A DNA stretch of 64,000 nucleotides from Candidatus Acidiferrales bacterium (GCA_963722985.1 CAVROZ010000010.1:14341-78340), one strand, 5' to 3'. Shown: positions 18,969 through 29,619, numbered from the stretch's first letter. Notes: generated by a model not told the origin, from the sequence alone. Made by a program: numbers and translations.

Positions 18969-20441
18969 TCAGATGCCTAGAGTTTTCCAAAAGGAATCCA
19001 CTCGTTTCCTCGTGGCGTCGTCCATCAGAATTTCGTCGGGCCACGGGCGCGTGAAACCTTCCGATGGCCATTTGCGGGTGGCGTCGACGCCCATTTTCGA
19101 ACCGAAATCCTGGAGACGGGCGGCGTGATCGAGCGTGTCGACCGGGCCCAGCGTAAACTGCACGTCTCTTTCCGGATCTAACGTGCAGAGCGCTTTCCAG
19201 ACCACTTCGCGGTAATCGTGCACATTCACGTCGTGATCCACCACGACAATAACTTTCGTGAGCATCGCTTGTCCGAGCGACCAGATCGCGTTCATTACTT
19301 TTCGCGCATGTCCGGGAAAGGATTTGCGGATGGAGACGATCATCAGGTTGTGGACGATGCCTTCGGCAGGCATGGAGACGTCCACAATTTCCGGATGAGT
19401 CATTTTCATGAGCGGCAGAAATATGCGTTCGATCGCGTAGCCCATGTAAAAGTCTTCTTGCGGGGGGCGCCCCACGACGGTGGTCAAGTAGATCGGGTCT
19501 TTGCGGTGGGTCAGGCACTCGACGTGGAATACGGGAAATTCGCCTTCGAGAGAATAAAAACCAGTGTGGTCTCCGAAAGGGCCTTCGGTGCGCATTTCAT
19601 CGAGACTGATGTAGCCTTCGAGGACAATTTCCGCGTTGGCCGGCACTTCCAATTCGTTCGTTTCGCACTTCACGAGTTCGACCGGCTCCCTCTTGAGAAA
19701 ACCACTGAACATCATTTCGTCGAGATCCGGAGGGATGGGCAAGATTCCTCCGAGCGAGGTCGCCGGATCGGTGCCGATTGCTACACTCACAGGAATTCTT
19801 CCTTCGGGATTCGCCGCCCGGGCGCGCCGGAAGTGTTCGGCACCATGCTTTTGCGTTTGCCAGTGCATGCCGGTAGTGCGCTCGTCGTACACATGCATGC
19901 GGTACATGCCCACGTTACGCTTGCCGGTGATAGGACTTTTCGTGAACACCAGGGGAAAGGTGATGAAACGTCCGCCGTCCTGGGGCCAGCATTTTAGAAT
20001 TGGGAAGTCGAACAAATTTATGTCGTTTCCTTTGCGAATGATTTCTTTGCAAGGTCCGTCTTTGACGGTTTTTGGGAAGAAGGAACCCAGCTCCAACAGC
20101 TTGGGAAGCATTTTCATCTTGTCGAAGAGGCCTTGCGGCGTTTGCATGTCCATGAAACCGCGGATGCGCGCGGCGACGTCATCAAGTTTGTCGACGTCAA
20201 AGGCGAGTTCCGTGCGGTGTTCGCTGCCGAAGGCGTTGATGAGCAACGGATGGCGCGAGCCTTTCGGGCGTTCGAACAGAAGAGCCATTCCGCCCGGCTT
20301 TCCCTTTGGTCCAGCTTGCGCTTGCGCGCGCTGGACGACTTCGACGATTTCAAGGACGGGATCGACTTCCGCCTTTACACGACGCAGTTCGCCTTCCCTT
20401 TCCAGGCGCTTTATGAATTCACGCAAATCCGCGTATCCCAC
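18969..20441 (-). CDS. UbiD-family decarboxylase (probably the menaquinone-pathway type)
   Basis: DLREFI..GEL, NVGMYRM, EGPFGDHTGFY, DPERD, SKMGVDAT. Confidence 0.92.
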   Translation of the reverse strand: MGYADLREFIKRLEREGELRRVKAEVDPVLEIVEVVQRAQAQAGPKGKPGGMALLFERPKGSRHPLLINAFGSEHRTELAFDVDKLDDVAARIRGFMDMQTPQGLFDKMKMLPKLLELGSFFPKTVKDGPCKEIIRKGNDINLFDFPILKCWPQDGGRFITFPLVFTKSPITGKRNVGMYRMHVYDERTTGMHWQTQKHGAEHFRRARAANPEGRIPVSVAIGTDPATSLGGILPIPPDLDEMMFSGFLKREPVELVKCETNELEVPANAEIVLEGYISLDEMRTEGPFGDHTGFYSLEGEFPVFHVECLTHRKDPIYLTTVVGRPPQEDFYMGYAIERIFLPLMKMTHPEIVDVSMPAEGIVHNLMIVSIRKSFPGHARKVMNAIWSLGQAMLTKVIVVVDHDVNVHDYREVVWKALCTLDPERDVQFTLGPVDTLDHAARLQDFGSKMGVDATRKWPSEGFTRPWPDEILMDDATRKRVDSFWKTLGI

Positions 20442-20987
20442 TACGTGCCTCCAGAAGAGCTCGCTTCACAGGTTGCAACCGCACACACTAACATGCCGAT
20501 TGTTGCAGGCGCAAAAGAATGAAAGCTGGACATCGTGTATGTCGCGTTCAGCATCGGGGCATCCTAGGGACGCGCCTACAGCGCTTGCGTGGACGCGGTA
20601 CGCGGGATCTTTTCCCGGAAGAATTTCTGAGAACCGACCCGCAAGCTTGCATCGCAGAACACCCCCTGCGAGCTCGACTGCGTCCGAAGCGTCAATTTTC
20701 TTCATTGATGACGGGAAAATCCGTCTTGAAGAGTTGCCAGGCTTCGGTTTGAGTTCTGTAATTGATGAAGGGGAAAAGGCGAAATGATCCTGGTTCTTTA
20801 CATGCGGCCCAAGTACGAGATCAAAGGGACGCTTGGCCAACGGCGCTTGCGGAAAGAAACCTAGCGCCGGAAGGTCATTTCGATACTCTTTCGGGTCTTT
20901 GCGGGTTTCCGGTGCGCGACACACGGGTTGTAGGGAGAGGCGCGCCATTCATCGCGGAAATGGTTTATCCTGAGATGCGGCGGTTTC

Positions 20988-22169
20988 ATGCGCGTCTACC
21001 TCGACCACAATGCGACGACCCCGGTTGACCCTGCGGTCCTCGAGGCCATGCTGCCCTATTTCTCTCTGGATTTTGGCAATGCATCCTCGATCCACACCTT
21101 TGGACAGCGGGCTCGAGCTGCAGTCGAGATCGCGCGGGAGCAGGTGGCGACCCTATTAGGAGCGCGGCCGCAGGAAATCGTCTTTACCAGTGGGGGCACG
21201 GAGTCGGACAACCACGCCATTTTCGGGATCGTCCAGCCGGTGCTCGAGAGTCAATCGGCCGCGCATGTCATTACTACGGCGATCGAACACGAGGCCGTGC
21301 TCAACACCTGCCAGGCGCTCGAAAAGCGCGGCGTCGACGTTACTTATCTTTCGGTTTCTCGGGACGGGTTGATCGACCTTGAGGACCTGCGGAGGGCCGT
21401 GCGACCCGAGACGGCGCTTATTACCGTCATGCATGCCAACAACGAACTCGGCACCGTGCAGCCGCTTGCGGAGATTGGCCGTATCGCGGCGGAGCACGAC
21501 ATTTACTTCCATACGGACGCGGTGCAATCGGCGGGTAAGATTCCCGTGGACGTGAAGGCTTGCCAGCTCGATTTGCTTTCTCTCTCCGGCCACAAGATTT
21601 ACGCGCCGAAGGGTGTTGGCGCGATTTACATCAAGGGTGGCACGCGGCTTCGACAGCTTCTCTATGGCGGGCACCATCAGCGAGGATTGCGACCCGGGAC
21701 CGAGAATGTGGCGGGAGTTGTGGGTCTCGGCAAGGCTGCCGAACTTGCTCGCGTTGCGCTTCGGCAGGACGCCGCGCGCATTTCGAATCTACGAGACCGC
21801 CTAGAAACGGACTTGCTCGCGCGCGTACCCGATGCGCGGGCCAATGCGGTTGGAGCGCCGCGCACGCCCAACACGAGCAACTTCACTTTCCAGGGAATTG
21901 AAGGGGAGGCTCTGATCATTGCACTCGATCTGAAAGGCGTTGGTTGCTCGACGGGAGCGGCTTGTTCGTCGGGGGCGGTCGAGCCGTCTCATGTATTGAC
22001 GGCGATTGGCCTGAATGCTACCGAAGCGCGGGCGAGCATTCGATTCAGTCTTGGCCGGCATACGAGCGCCGCAGAGATCGATGCCGCGCTTGAGATTGTT
22101 CCGACGGCTGTGGCGCAACTGCGGAGACTGTCACCGACGTATCGCGCTTTAACACAGACGCCGGCCTGA
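20988..22169 (+). CDS. iscS: Cysteine desulfurase (IscS/NifS class I)
   Basis: YLDHNATT, GNASS, FTSGGTESDN, HTDAVQ, SGHK (PLP lysine), STGAACSSG. Confidence 0.93.
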   Translation: MRVYLDHNATTPVDPAVLEAMLPYFSLDFGNASSIHTFGQRARAAVEIAREQVATLLGARPQEIVFTSGGTESDNHAIFGIVQPVLESQSAAHVITTAIEHEAVLNTCQALEKRGVDVTYLSVSRDGLIDLEDLRRAVRPETALITVMHANNELGTVQPLAEIGRIAAEHDIYFHTDAVQSAGKIPVDVKACQLDLLSLSGHKIYAPKGVGAIYIKGGTRLRQLLYGGHHQRGLRPGTENVAGVVGLGKAAELARVALRQDAARISNLRDRLETDLLARVPDARANAVGAPRTPNTSNFTFQGIEGEALIIALDLKGVGCSTGAACSSGAVEPSHVLTAIGLNATEARASIRFSLGRHTSAAEIDAALEIVPTAVAQLRRLSPTYRALTQTPA

Positions 22170-22230
22170 CCCTTCAAAGCTCGGGGCTCGAAGATACAAA
22201 GTCGCTCAAAAAGCCGTTAAACTAGAAGAG

Positions 22231-23391
22231 ATGTCGACCCAAGTCCAACTTGACTGTCTGCCTGCAGTCGCTGAGCTGCGGCCTGGCCTTGTCGCCGTTG
22301 CCATGTCGGGCGGGGTGGATTCTTCCGCGGTGGCGGCTTTGCTTCTTCAGCAACGCAGGCCAGTTGTAGGATTGACGATGCAGCTTTGGAATCAGCGACG
22401 CCTGCCGGAACTGCAGGGCGACGGACCAGCGCAACACCGGTGCTGCTCGCTCGATGACGTATACGACGCCAAGCGCGTGGCGCAGCATCTGGGTTTTCCG
22501 CATTACGTGGTGAATTTTGAAGAGCAGTTTGAGCAACGGGTGGTGCGTCCTTTTGTCGAGCAATACCTTGCAGGCCGTACGCCCATTGCGTGCACGAACT
22601 GCAACACGGACGTGAAGTTTGCACCTCTCTTGCGCATGGCGCGGCAGATCGGTGCCGAGCGCCTGGCCACCGGACATTACGCGCGGATCCACAGAGACGA
22701 GGGTAGCGGGCGCCATCAACTTTTGCGTGCACGCGACGATTCGAAGGACCAATCGTATTTTCTCTGGGGGCTGACGCAGGAACAGCTTTCGCGCAGTGAA
22801 TTCCCTCTTGGGGAACTCACAAAGGAAGAAGTCCGCCAGGTTGCGCGCGAGGTCAACCTTCCCGTGGCCGAAAAGCCAGAGAGCATGGAGTTGTGTTTTG
22901 TCCCGAACGGCAATTACGTGCAGTTCATTCATGCGTACGCGCTCGAGAGTGGCCGGCCACTCGACGAGAAGGAAGGCGACATCATTACCGAGGACGGTGC
23001 CATCCTCGGGCGGCACTCTGGCGTGCACAATTACACCATCGGGCAGCGCAAAGGATTGGGATTGACGACCGGAAAGCCGATCTACGTTCTGGCCATCGAT
23101 CCGGAGAGGAATCGCGTGATTGTTGGGGAAGACGGTGCGTTGCGCGCGATTACATTGGAAATTGAGAATGTAAATTGGCTTTCGATTGACGAGCCGGCCA
23201 CACCTTTGCGGGCGCAGGTGAAGATTCGACACAAGCATCAGGCGGCGGATGCGACCGTCGAGGCACGGCCTGGCCTTCGTGCGCGGATTGTGTTTGACGA
23301 GCCGCAACGGGCGATTACGCCCGGACAGGGGGCGGTGGTGTATGCGGGAGATATCGTTGTTGCGGGCGGATGGATTGGAAAGAGCGGTTAG
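22231..23391 (+). CDS. mnmA: tRNA-specific 2-thiouridylase
   Basis: AMSGGVDS PP-loop, CTNCN, ATGHYA, KDQSYFL, TIGQRKG, AITPGQ. Confidence 0.97.
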   Translation: MSTQVQLDCLPAVAELRPGLVAVAMSGGVDSSAVAALLLQQRRPVVGLTMQLWNQRRLPELQGDGPAQHRCCSLDDVYDAKRVAQHLGFPHYVVNFEEQFEQRVVRPFVEQYLAGRTPIACTNCNTDVKFAPLLRMARQIGAERLATGHYARIHRDEGSGRHQLLRARDDSKDQSYFLWGLTQEQLSRSEFPLGELTKEEVRQVAREVNLPVAEKPESMELCFVPNGNYVQFIHAYALESGRPLDEKEGDIITEDGAILGRHSGVHNYTIGQRKGLGLTTGKPIYVLAIDPERNRVIVGEDGALRAITLEIENVNWLSIDEPATPLRAQVKIRHKHQAADATVEARPGLRARIVFDEPQRAITPGQGAVVYAGDIVVAGGWIGKSG

Positions 23392-23437
23392 GACTTGGCG
23401 TAGAGCCCACAGTCGAAGGCAAGGAAGCTAAACTACG

Positions 23438-23956
23438 TCAGATGAAGAGTTCGTCTTCCTGCTCCATGGTTTCGTGGAGGGGCTCTTTTTGGCTGCGGCG
23501 GGAACGCAGAAAATCCAGGCCGATCTTGATTCCCTGCACGACTGCGGATGCTTTTTGCACCGGGCGCAGAAAACTCCGGCGGACTTGCGTGCCCGCGTCT
23601 TCGACAGCTTCGAGCGTTCCGGTTATGATCCGGTCGGCACGGACCAATTGACCGCGCAATCTGTCAGAGGCTTCGGTGAACACTCTGTCCATTTTTTGCG
23701 CTTGGGCCCGCGCCAGATAAACGACCTGCGAGGCATCTTCGACAAGGTTCGAGAGTTTCGGCTGTGTGTCTTCGAGCAGAATCTGGGTGCGCGTCAGGAT
23801 CGGGCCAACACGGTTGTGGAGGTCGTTGATCATGCGGTTGATTGATTCGGTGGTGCGCTTCAATTGCAGGAACAATCCGATTAGGATTGCCACCTGAACC
23901 ACGAGCGCTACGGCCGCGACAATGCTAAAGAACTCCATCCAGAATTGCATCCACAC
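23438..23956 (-). CDS. Hypothetical membrane-anchored coiled-coil protein (DUF948-like)
   Basis: N-terminal TM then a helical region; paired with YtxH as in ytxGH-like loci. Confidence 0.65.
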   Translation of the reverse strand: MWMQFWMEFFSIVAAVALVVQVAILIGLFLQLKRTTESINRMINDLHNRVGPILTRTQILLEDTQPKLSNLVEDASQVVYLARAQAQKMDRVFTEASDRLRGQLVRADRIITGTLEAVEDAGTQVRRSFLRPVQKASAVVQGIKIGLDFLRSRRSQKEPLHETMEQEDELFI

Positions 23957-24004
23957 CCCATCCTTTCCGTCCTGTGCACGGAACGCCTTGCGGCTCCGGA
24001 AGGC

Positions 24005-24292
24005 TTACGACTTGGATTCGCGCAAAAACGCTTCGCGACCGGCTTCAACGGCCGCCGACAAAGAATCCCGCTTCCGCGAGGCTACGTCCTTGCCGCGCTC
24101 AATCAGCTCATCGGCGCGATCCCGGAGTTCGCGTGCCTTTTTCTGGGCAAACTCCCGGCCGTCGTCCGCGCGCTTGCCGAGAAATTCGCGCGTTTCGTCG
24201 CCGGACTTTGGCGCGAAGAGCACGCCGAGGAGCGCTCCGATGCCTACGCCAACAAGGAAGAAACTCACTTTGGACCCGACATTGTCTGCCAT
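24005..24292 (-). CDS. YtxH domain protein
   Basis: FLVGVGIGALLGVLFAPKSGDETR signature. ATG 24292 has a GGAGG RBS. Confidence 0.9.
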   Translation of the reverse strand: MADNVGSKVSFFLVGVGIGALLGVLFAPKSGDETREFLGKRADDGREFAQKKARELRDRADELIERGKDVASRKRDSLSAAVEAGREAFLRESKS

Positions 24293-24369
24293 GTTAACCT
24301 CCACAAAAAACGTAGCATAGCAGGCAGGAGGTGGCAATACAGTGTAACCGCTCCGGTGAAGAATAACGG

Positions 24370-26205
24370 TTAAACGTTGGTGTCGGGCTTTTCATAATGC
24401 TCGACGATCTTTTCCGCGCTTTTTCGAGTAACGATGTGGCTTAGTTCCTCGATCGTAGCCCTTCGAAGGTTCGCGATGCTCCCATACCTCTGCAAGAGCT
24501 TTTGGGAAGTGCGTGGGCCGATGCCGGGAATGTCCAGCAACGCGGTGTGCGTCTGACGGGCAGCCCGGCGCTGGCGGTGGAAGGTCACGGCGAAACGGTG
24601 GGTTTCGTCACGAATCTGCTGAATCAGGTGCAAGACCGGAGAATGGCGGTCGAGGACACAGGGTTCATGCTCCTGGCCGAGCACGTAGAGGATCTCTTCT
24701 TTCTTGGCGATGCTGGCCACGGGTTGATTGATGATTTGTAGTTCGTCGAGGGCCTTCGCCGCGGCGTGCAATTGGCCGAGGCCGCCGTCGATCAGGATAA
24801 GGCTTGGCATCGGCTTTTGCTCCTCGAGAAGACGTTTGTAACGGCGAGTCACGGTCTCGTGCATGCTGGCAAAATCGTCGTTTTCGCTGCGCGGTCTTCC
24901 ACCGGGACCGGCGTCGCCACGAATGATGAACTTGCGGTAGTCGGATTTTTTCATTTTTCCGTTTTCCCACACAACCAAAGAGGCCACTGTGTCGGTTCCC
25001 TGGATGTGGGAAATGTCGAAGCTCTCGATGCGCTTGGGCTCTTCGGGCAGGCTCAGGGCATTTTGCAGGGCCTCAGCAATGGCTTTGGACGTCGGTCGCA
25101 TAACCCGAAAGCGTTGTTCGAACGAGTGCTTTGCGTTGCTTTCGACCAACTCCAGAATGGCGGCCTTACTTCCCCTTTGTGGCGTGAAGATTTCCACCTT
25201 ATACCCGGCGCGGTCACTCAGCGTTTCTTCGAGCAGGGCGCGCTCTTCGAAATCGATCGGCACGTGGATTTTTTTCGGAAGATATTCCGCTTCGAGGTAA
25301 AGCTGTTTGAGCAGCGAGGGCACAAATTCGTGCGGGTCGAATGCTTCCAGGTCTTCCCAGTAAAATTCGCGGCGGTCGACGATTCGCCCGCCGCGCAAGT
25401 GAAATACATTGGCGGCAACGAGTGGCGGCTCACCATAGTAGGCAACCACGTCGGTGTCGTCGCCTTGCGTTGCGGCGATTCTCTGGCGCTCTTCGATGTC
25501 TTCCATGGTCCTCAGCAGGTCGCGATACGACGCCGCTTCCTCGAAGCGTTCCTGCTCGGCTGCAGCCATCATGCGTTCTTCGATACTTTTCATCAGATCG
25601 TGGCGGCGGCCTTCGAGAAACATGCGCACATCGCGCACCGCTTCCGCGTAGCGCTCGTCGGTGGTGAGTCCGGCAACGCAGGGGCCAAGACAACGCTTGA
25701 TATAGAACTGAAGGCACGGCCGTGGATGGGCCTTCGCAAGATCCACAAAACAGGATGGGATCAGAAATCGCTTGTGAATGAAATGGAGGATGCGCCGCGC
25801 CAGGCCGGCGGGGAAGTATGGGCCGAAATAGAGCGCGCCGTCGTTTTTCACTTTCCGCGTGAAATAGACGCGCGGAAATTTTTCGCCCATGGTCAATTTG
25901 ATGTACGGGTAGGTTTTGTCGTCCCGGAGCATGACGTTGAACTTGGGCTTGTAGCGCTTGATGAGGTTGTGTTCGAGCGCCAGGGCTTCGCGCTCGTTGT
26001 CCACGACGATGGTTTCGAGATCGGCAATTTCGCGGGCCAGCGAGCCGGTCTTGGCATTCACCCAGCTCGATTCGAGAAAATACGAGCGCACGCGGCTGCG
26101 CAAGGACGCGGCTTTGCCAACGTACAGCACCGTTCCACCCGCGTCTTTGAACAGATAGACGCCGGGCTTTTCCGGCAGTTGCGCGGCTTTTTCTTTGGGT
26201 TCCAT
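24370..26205 (-). CDS. uvrC: Excinuclease ABC subunit C
   Basis: GIY-YIG domain (PGVYLF..YVGKA), RIESFDISH, LILIDGG, RDETHRFA, HhH IPGIGP. Confidence 0.97.
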   Translation of the reverse strand: MEPKEKAAQLPEKPGVYLFKDAGGTVLYVGKAASLRSRVRSYFLESSWVNAKTGSLAREIADLETIVVDNEREALALEHNLIKRYKPKFNVMLRDDKTYPYIKLTMGEKFPRVYFTRKVKNDGALYFGPYFPAGLARRILHFIHKRFLIPSCFVDLAKAHPRPCLQFYIKRCLGPCVAGLTTDERYAEAVRDVRMFLEGRRHDLMKSIEERMMAAAEQERFEEAASYRDLLRTMEDIEERQRIAATQGDDTDVVAYYGEPPLVAANVFHLRGGRIVDRREFYWEDLEAFDPHEFVPSLLKQLYLEAEYLPKKIHVPIDFEERALLEETLSDRAGYKVEIFTPQRGSKAAILELVESNAKHSFEQRFRVMRPTSKAIAEALQNALSLPEEPKRIESFDISHIQGTDTVASLVVWENGKMKKSDYRKFIIRGDAGPGGRPRSENDDFASMHETVTRRYKRLLEEQKPMPSLILIDGGLGQLHAAAKALDELQIINQPVASIAKKEEILYVLGQEHEPCVLDRHSPVLHLIQQIRDETHRFAVTFHRQRRAARQTHTALLDIPGIGPRTSQKLLQRYGSIANLRRATIEELSHIVTRKSAEKIVEHYEKPDTNV

Positions 26206-26248
26206 CGGTTGGTGCGGCGGGCCATCTTAGCAACCCGTCTCTTTCATC

Positions 26249-26737
26249 TTACGGCGACTTTCGATTCGATGCGACTCGAGGCGCTACGAGGCACTTCGCT
26301 GGATGAACGCCGTGATGTTGTTTCCGAATCGTGAAAGAAACCCCACGAAAAATCGTACCTGGACACTGGCACGACCAGTTGCGGGCGGCTTCGAAGCGCA
26401 CTCGTGTCAGGGCGCCGATGGGTGGGCGGCCGCGAACTCGGGCACGCTGAAGAATCGAACGAGGGTGGTCGAACAGCGGTTTTTCGACACTTGACAGCAC
26501 CAGGCGAACTTCGCCGCAACCGAAGAAAGCCATGCCACCTGTGGTAAACAGCCGGAAATCCGAGCCCGCCACGGCGCGATCGGTATTGGTTTTGCATGCA
26601 CCAAGATCGCTTGGCGAACTGGCGTAGGCAGAGCAGGTACGGCCGCCCACCATGAGCCGCATCGCCCCGGGCTCGAGCGCGCCGTCAGGCGACTGAAGAC
26701 AAGCGGCGAGTGGAATCTTTGGCGGGAGCGGTTGCAT
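26249..26737 (-). CDS. Hypothetical Cys-containing protein
   Basis: Fills an otherwise empty ~600-bp gap, co-oriented with uvrC. No recognised motif. Confidence 0.35.
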   Translation of the reverse strand: MQPLPPKIPLAACLQSPDGALEPGAMRLMVGGRTCSAYASSPSDLGACKTNTDRAVAGSDFRLFTTGGMAFFGCGEVRLVLSSVEKPLFDHPRSILQRARVRGRPPIGALTRVRFEAARNWSCQCPGTIFRGVSFTIRKQHHGVHPAKCLVAPRVASNRKSP

Positions 26738-26895
26738 CTCTTTCGACAGCAGAAAGAGAGCAACTCAGCGACTTCAGCGAACTACTCGGCCAGATCGTCC
26801 GAAAGTTTCTAGCCCGCGCTTGTGGACGTAAGTTGTATATACTTTGAGGGGCCGTGCCCCGCGGCTTAACCACTTCAGAAAAGAGGACATTTTCC

Positions 26896-28971
26896 GTGAA
26901 AGCAATCTTCGTTGTGCGGCAGGCTTCGGCCGCGCTGCTGGCTGCAGCGCTTCTTTGTCCCGCGATACCGGCAGACGAAGGGATGTGGACCTTCGATAAT
27001 CCGCCGACTAAGCAGCTGCAAGAAAAATACAAGTTTACGCCCACGCAACAATGGCTCGATCATCTGCGGCTCGCGTCCGTCCGATTAAACGACGGCGGGT
27101 CTGGTTCTTTCGTCAGTCCCCACGGGTTGCTGCTGACCAACCACCACGTTGCACTCGGTCAGCTTCAGAAGAACTCCAGCGCCGAGCACGACTATGTACG
27201 CGACGGTTTCTACGCTGCGCGACCGGAAGAGGAAATGAAGTCGCCAGACCTTGAGGTGAACGTTCTGGTAGCGACGGAAAATGTGACGAATCGGGTGAAT
27301 GACGCGGTGAGTGCGGCAAAAACCCCCGAGGAGGAATTCGCCAAGCGTAAGGCAGTGATCGCCGATATTACGCGGGAAAGCACCGAGAAGACCGGTTTAC
27401 GCTCAGACGTTGTCACGCTGTATTCGGGAGGCGAATACTGGCTCTATCGCTATAAGAAGTACACCGACGTGCGGCTGGTGTTTGCCGTTGAGCAGCAAAC
27501 GGCGTTCTACGGCGGCGACCCCGACAACTTCACTTATCCGCGCTACGACCTGGACATGGCGCTGTTCCGCGTCTACGAGAATGGCAAGCCTATCGACAGC
27601 AAGGATTATTTGAAGTGGAATCCCAAAGGCGCGGGCGATGGCGATCTGGTGTTCGTCTCGGGAAATCCCGGGGGCACAGAACGTCTGGTCACCTACGCGT
27701 ACCTCGTCAGCCTGCGCGATGATACTTTGCCCAACATCATCGAATTACTGAAAAACCGTATCGCTGTTTTGAAAGACTACGCCGCGCGTGGCCCGGAGCA
27801 ATCTCGGCAGGCTACGACTCTCATTTTTGGACTGGAGAATAGCCGCAAGGTGTTCGAAGGGCGGCGCGACGGTCTTCAGAACAAGAATTTGATGGAGAAA
27901 AAACACAAGGAAGAACAGGACTTTCGAGGGAAAGTTGATGGCAACCCTGAGTGGAAGAAGGATTACGCAAGCGCTTGGACCATGGAAGAGGAAGCGCTCG
28001 AAAAACAAAAACCGCGGATCAAAGAGCAAATCTTTCGAAGCACGGATTCTCAGTTGTCCGCGCTGGCAGTGCAAATCGTGACCTATATCGCCGAGATCAA
28101 GAAACCCGATGGAGAACGCCTGCCTGGTTTTCATGACTCTCAATTGGATTCTTTGAAGCAACGGTTGTTCTCTCCGGCACCGATTTATCCGCAACTGGAG
28201 ATCGCCCGCATGACCGGCGCTCTCGAACTCGATTTGAAGGAACTCGGGCCGAACGATCCTTTCCTCAAAGCTGTGCTCGATGGGCGCTCTCCCCAGGATG
28301 CGGCCGAGTATCTCGTCAAAGGCACGAAGGTGGGTGACCCTGCTTTCCGCAAGTCGATGATCGATGGCGGGCAGGCTGCCGTGGATGCTTCGACCGATCC
28401 GTTCATCGCCATGGCGCGGCGTATCGATCCGATTCGGCGCGAACAAATCAAATGGCTTGAAGACAACGTGCAGAGCGTCGACGAGCGAGCCGGCGAACTT
28501 CTCGGCAAAGCACGCTTTGCGGCTTATGGCAAAAACACATATCCGGATGCGACGTTCACGCTGCGGCTATCCTACGGCCAAGTGCTGAGCTATCCAATGA
28601 ATGGAACCATCGCGCCGCCCAAAACGACCTTTTACGGACTGTACGACCGTGCGGCTAGTTTCGATTACAAGGCTCCGTTTGATTTGCCCAAGCGATATGT
28701 AGACGGGAAAGACAAGCTGGATCTCTCGACGCCGTTCAATTTCGTCACGACGAACGACATTATCGGGGGAAACTCCGGGTCGCCCGTGGTCGATCGCAAT
28801 GGGGACATCGTCGGATTGATTTTCGATGGCAACATCGAGTCGCTGGTTGGGGATTTTGTGTATGACTCTTACCAGAACCGCGCAGTAGCGGTGCACACCG
28901 GAGGCATGACCGAGGCAATGAAGAAGCTTTATGGGGCGCAGAAGTTAGTCGACGAGCTCATGGGGCAGTAA
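26896..28971 (+). CDS. S46 family dipeptidyl peptidase (DPP7-like)
   Basis: Signal peptide then DEGMW, GSFVSPHGLLLTNHHV, GGNSGSP. FDG at the S1 position matches DPP7, whereas DPP11 has FDR. GTG 26896 with RBS. Confidence 0.93.
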   Translation: MKAIFVVRQASAALLAAALLCPAIPADEGMWTFDNPPTKQLQEKYKFTPTQQWLDHLRLASVRLNDGGSGSFVSPHGLLLTNHHVALGQLQKNSSAEHDYVRDGFYAARPEEEMKSPDLEVNVLVATENVTNRVNDAVSAAKTPEEEFAKRKAVIADITRESTEKTGLRSDVVTLYSGGEYWLYRYKKYTDVRLVFAVEQQTAFYGGDPDNFTYPRYDLDMALFRVYENGKPIDSKDYLKWNPKGAGDGDLVFVSGNPGGTERLVTYAYLVSLRDDTLPNIIELLKNRIAVLKDYAARGPEQSRQATTLIFGLENSRKVFEGRRDGLQNKNLMEKKHKEEQDFRGKVDGNPEWKKDYASAWTMEEEALEKQKPRIKEQIFRSTDSQLSALAVQIVTYIAEIKKPDGERLPGFHDSQLDSLKQRLFSPAPIYPQLEIARMTGALELDLKELGPNDPFLKAVLDGRSPQDAAEYLVKGTKVGDPAFRKSMIDGGQAAVDASTDPFIAMARRIDPIRREQIKWLEDNVQSVDERAGELLGKARFAAYGKNTYPDATFTLRLSYGQVLSYPMNGTIAPPKTTFYGLYDRAASFDYKAPFDLPKRYVDGKDKLDLSTPFNFVTTNDIIGGNSGSPVVDRNGDIVGLIFDGNIESLVGDFVYDSYQNRAVAVHTGGMTEAMKKLYGAQKLVDELMGQ

Positions 28972-29142
28972 GAGCAGCCGTAAAGGAGGGCACGGGCAAC
29001 TTGCCGGTGCTGATTTGCAATCGGACAGAGGAGCAGGGTTGTGGGCAGACTGCCAGCCAATTCCTCAGGGGCTAAAACCGACGGTGTGCCGGTCGTCAGG
29101 GTCCGAGCGAAAGCTCCGACATCCTTCGGCCCTGTGTTGAAG

Positions 29143-29619
29143 ATGGCTGGCGTCCGCGCGATGGCACTTTGCTTCGCGGCGTTTCTGTCCGCGACGGCGC
29201 TGCTCGCGTTTCAGCAGGACCCGCCTGCTGCTCCTCCACCTCCCGCTGCAAAGCCTCAGGATCAAGCGAAACCCAAACCGAATACGGATAACGCAGCGCA
29301 ATCGGCGCCGGATCAACCGAAATGGGATCCGCTGCGCGCGGATAAAGATATTGAAGTCGGGAAGTATTACATGAATAAAGGCGACGTTGATGCCGCGATC
29401 GACCGTTTCACGGACGCGATTGACGCCAAGCCGGGTTTCGCCATTCCCTTTCGCTATTTAGGCGAGGCGTACGAGAAAAAGGGGCAGAAAAAGCCCGCGG
29501 TCAAGGCCTACCAGCGCTACCTGGACCTTTATCCGAAGGCCGAAGACGGCGAGAAGATACGGAAGAAAATCGAAAAGCTGCACAAAGAGATCGATAAGGA
29601 AAAGGCGGAAGGCGGCTAG
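29143..29619 (+). CDS. Secreted tetratricopeptide repeat protein
   Basis: Signal peptide, Pro-rich linker, GKYY..GDVDAAI..F and YLGEAYEKKG TPR helices. Confidence 0.82.
   Translation: MAGVRAMALCFAAFLSATALLAFQQDPPAAPPPPAAKPQDQAKPKPNTDNAAQSAPDQPKWDPLRADKDIEVGKYYMNKGDVDAAIDRFTDAIDAKPGFAIPFRYLGEAYEKKGQKKPAVKAYQRYLDLYPKAEDGEKIRKKIEKLHKEIDKEKAEGG

Noticed and set aside
19636-20787. 383-aa plus-strand ORF
   Set aside because: Mostly antisense to the UbiD-family gene; not protein-like.
24766-26334. 522-aa plus-strand ORF
   Set aside because: Antisense shadow of uvrC.
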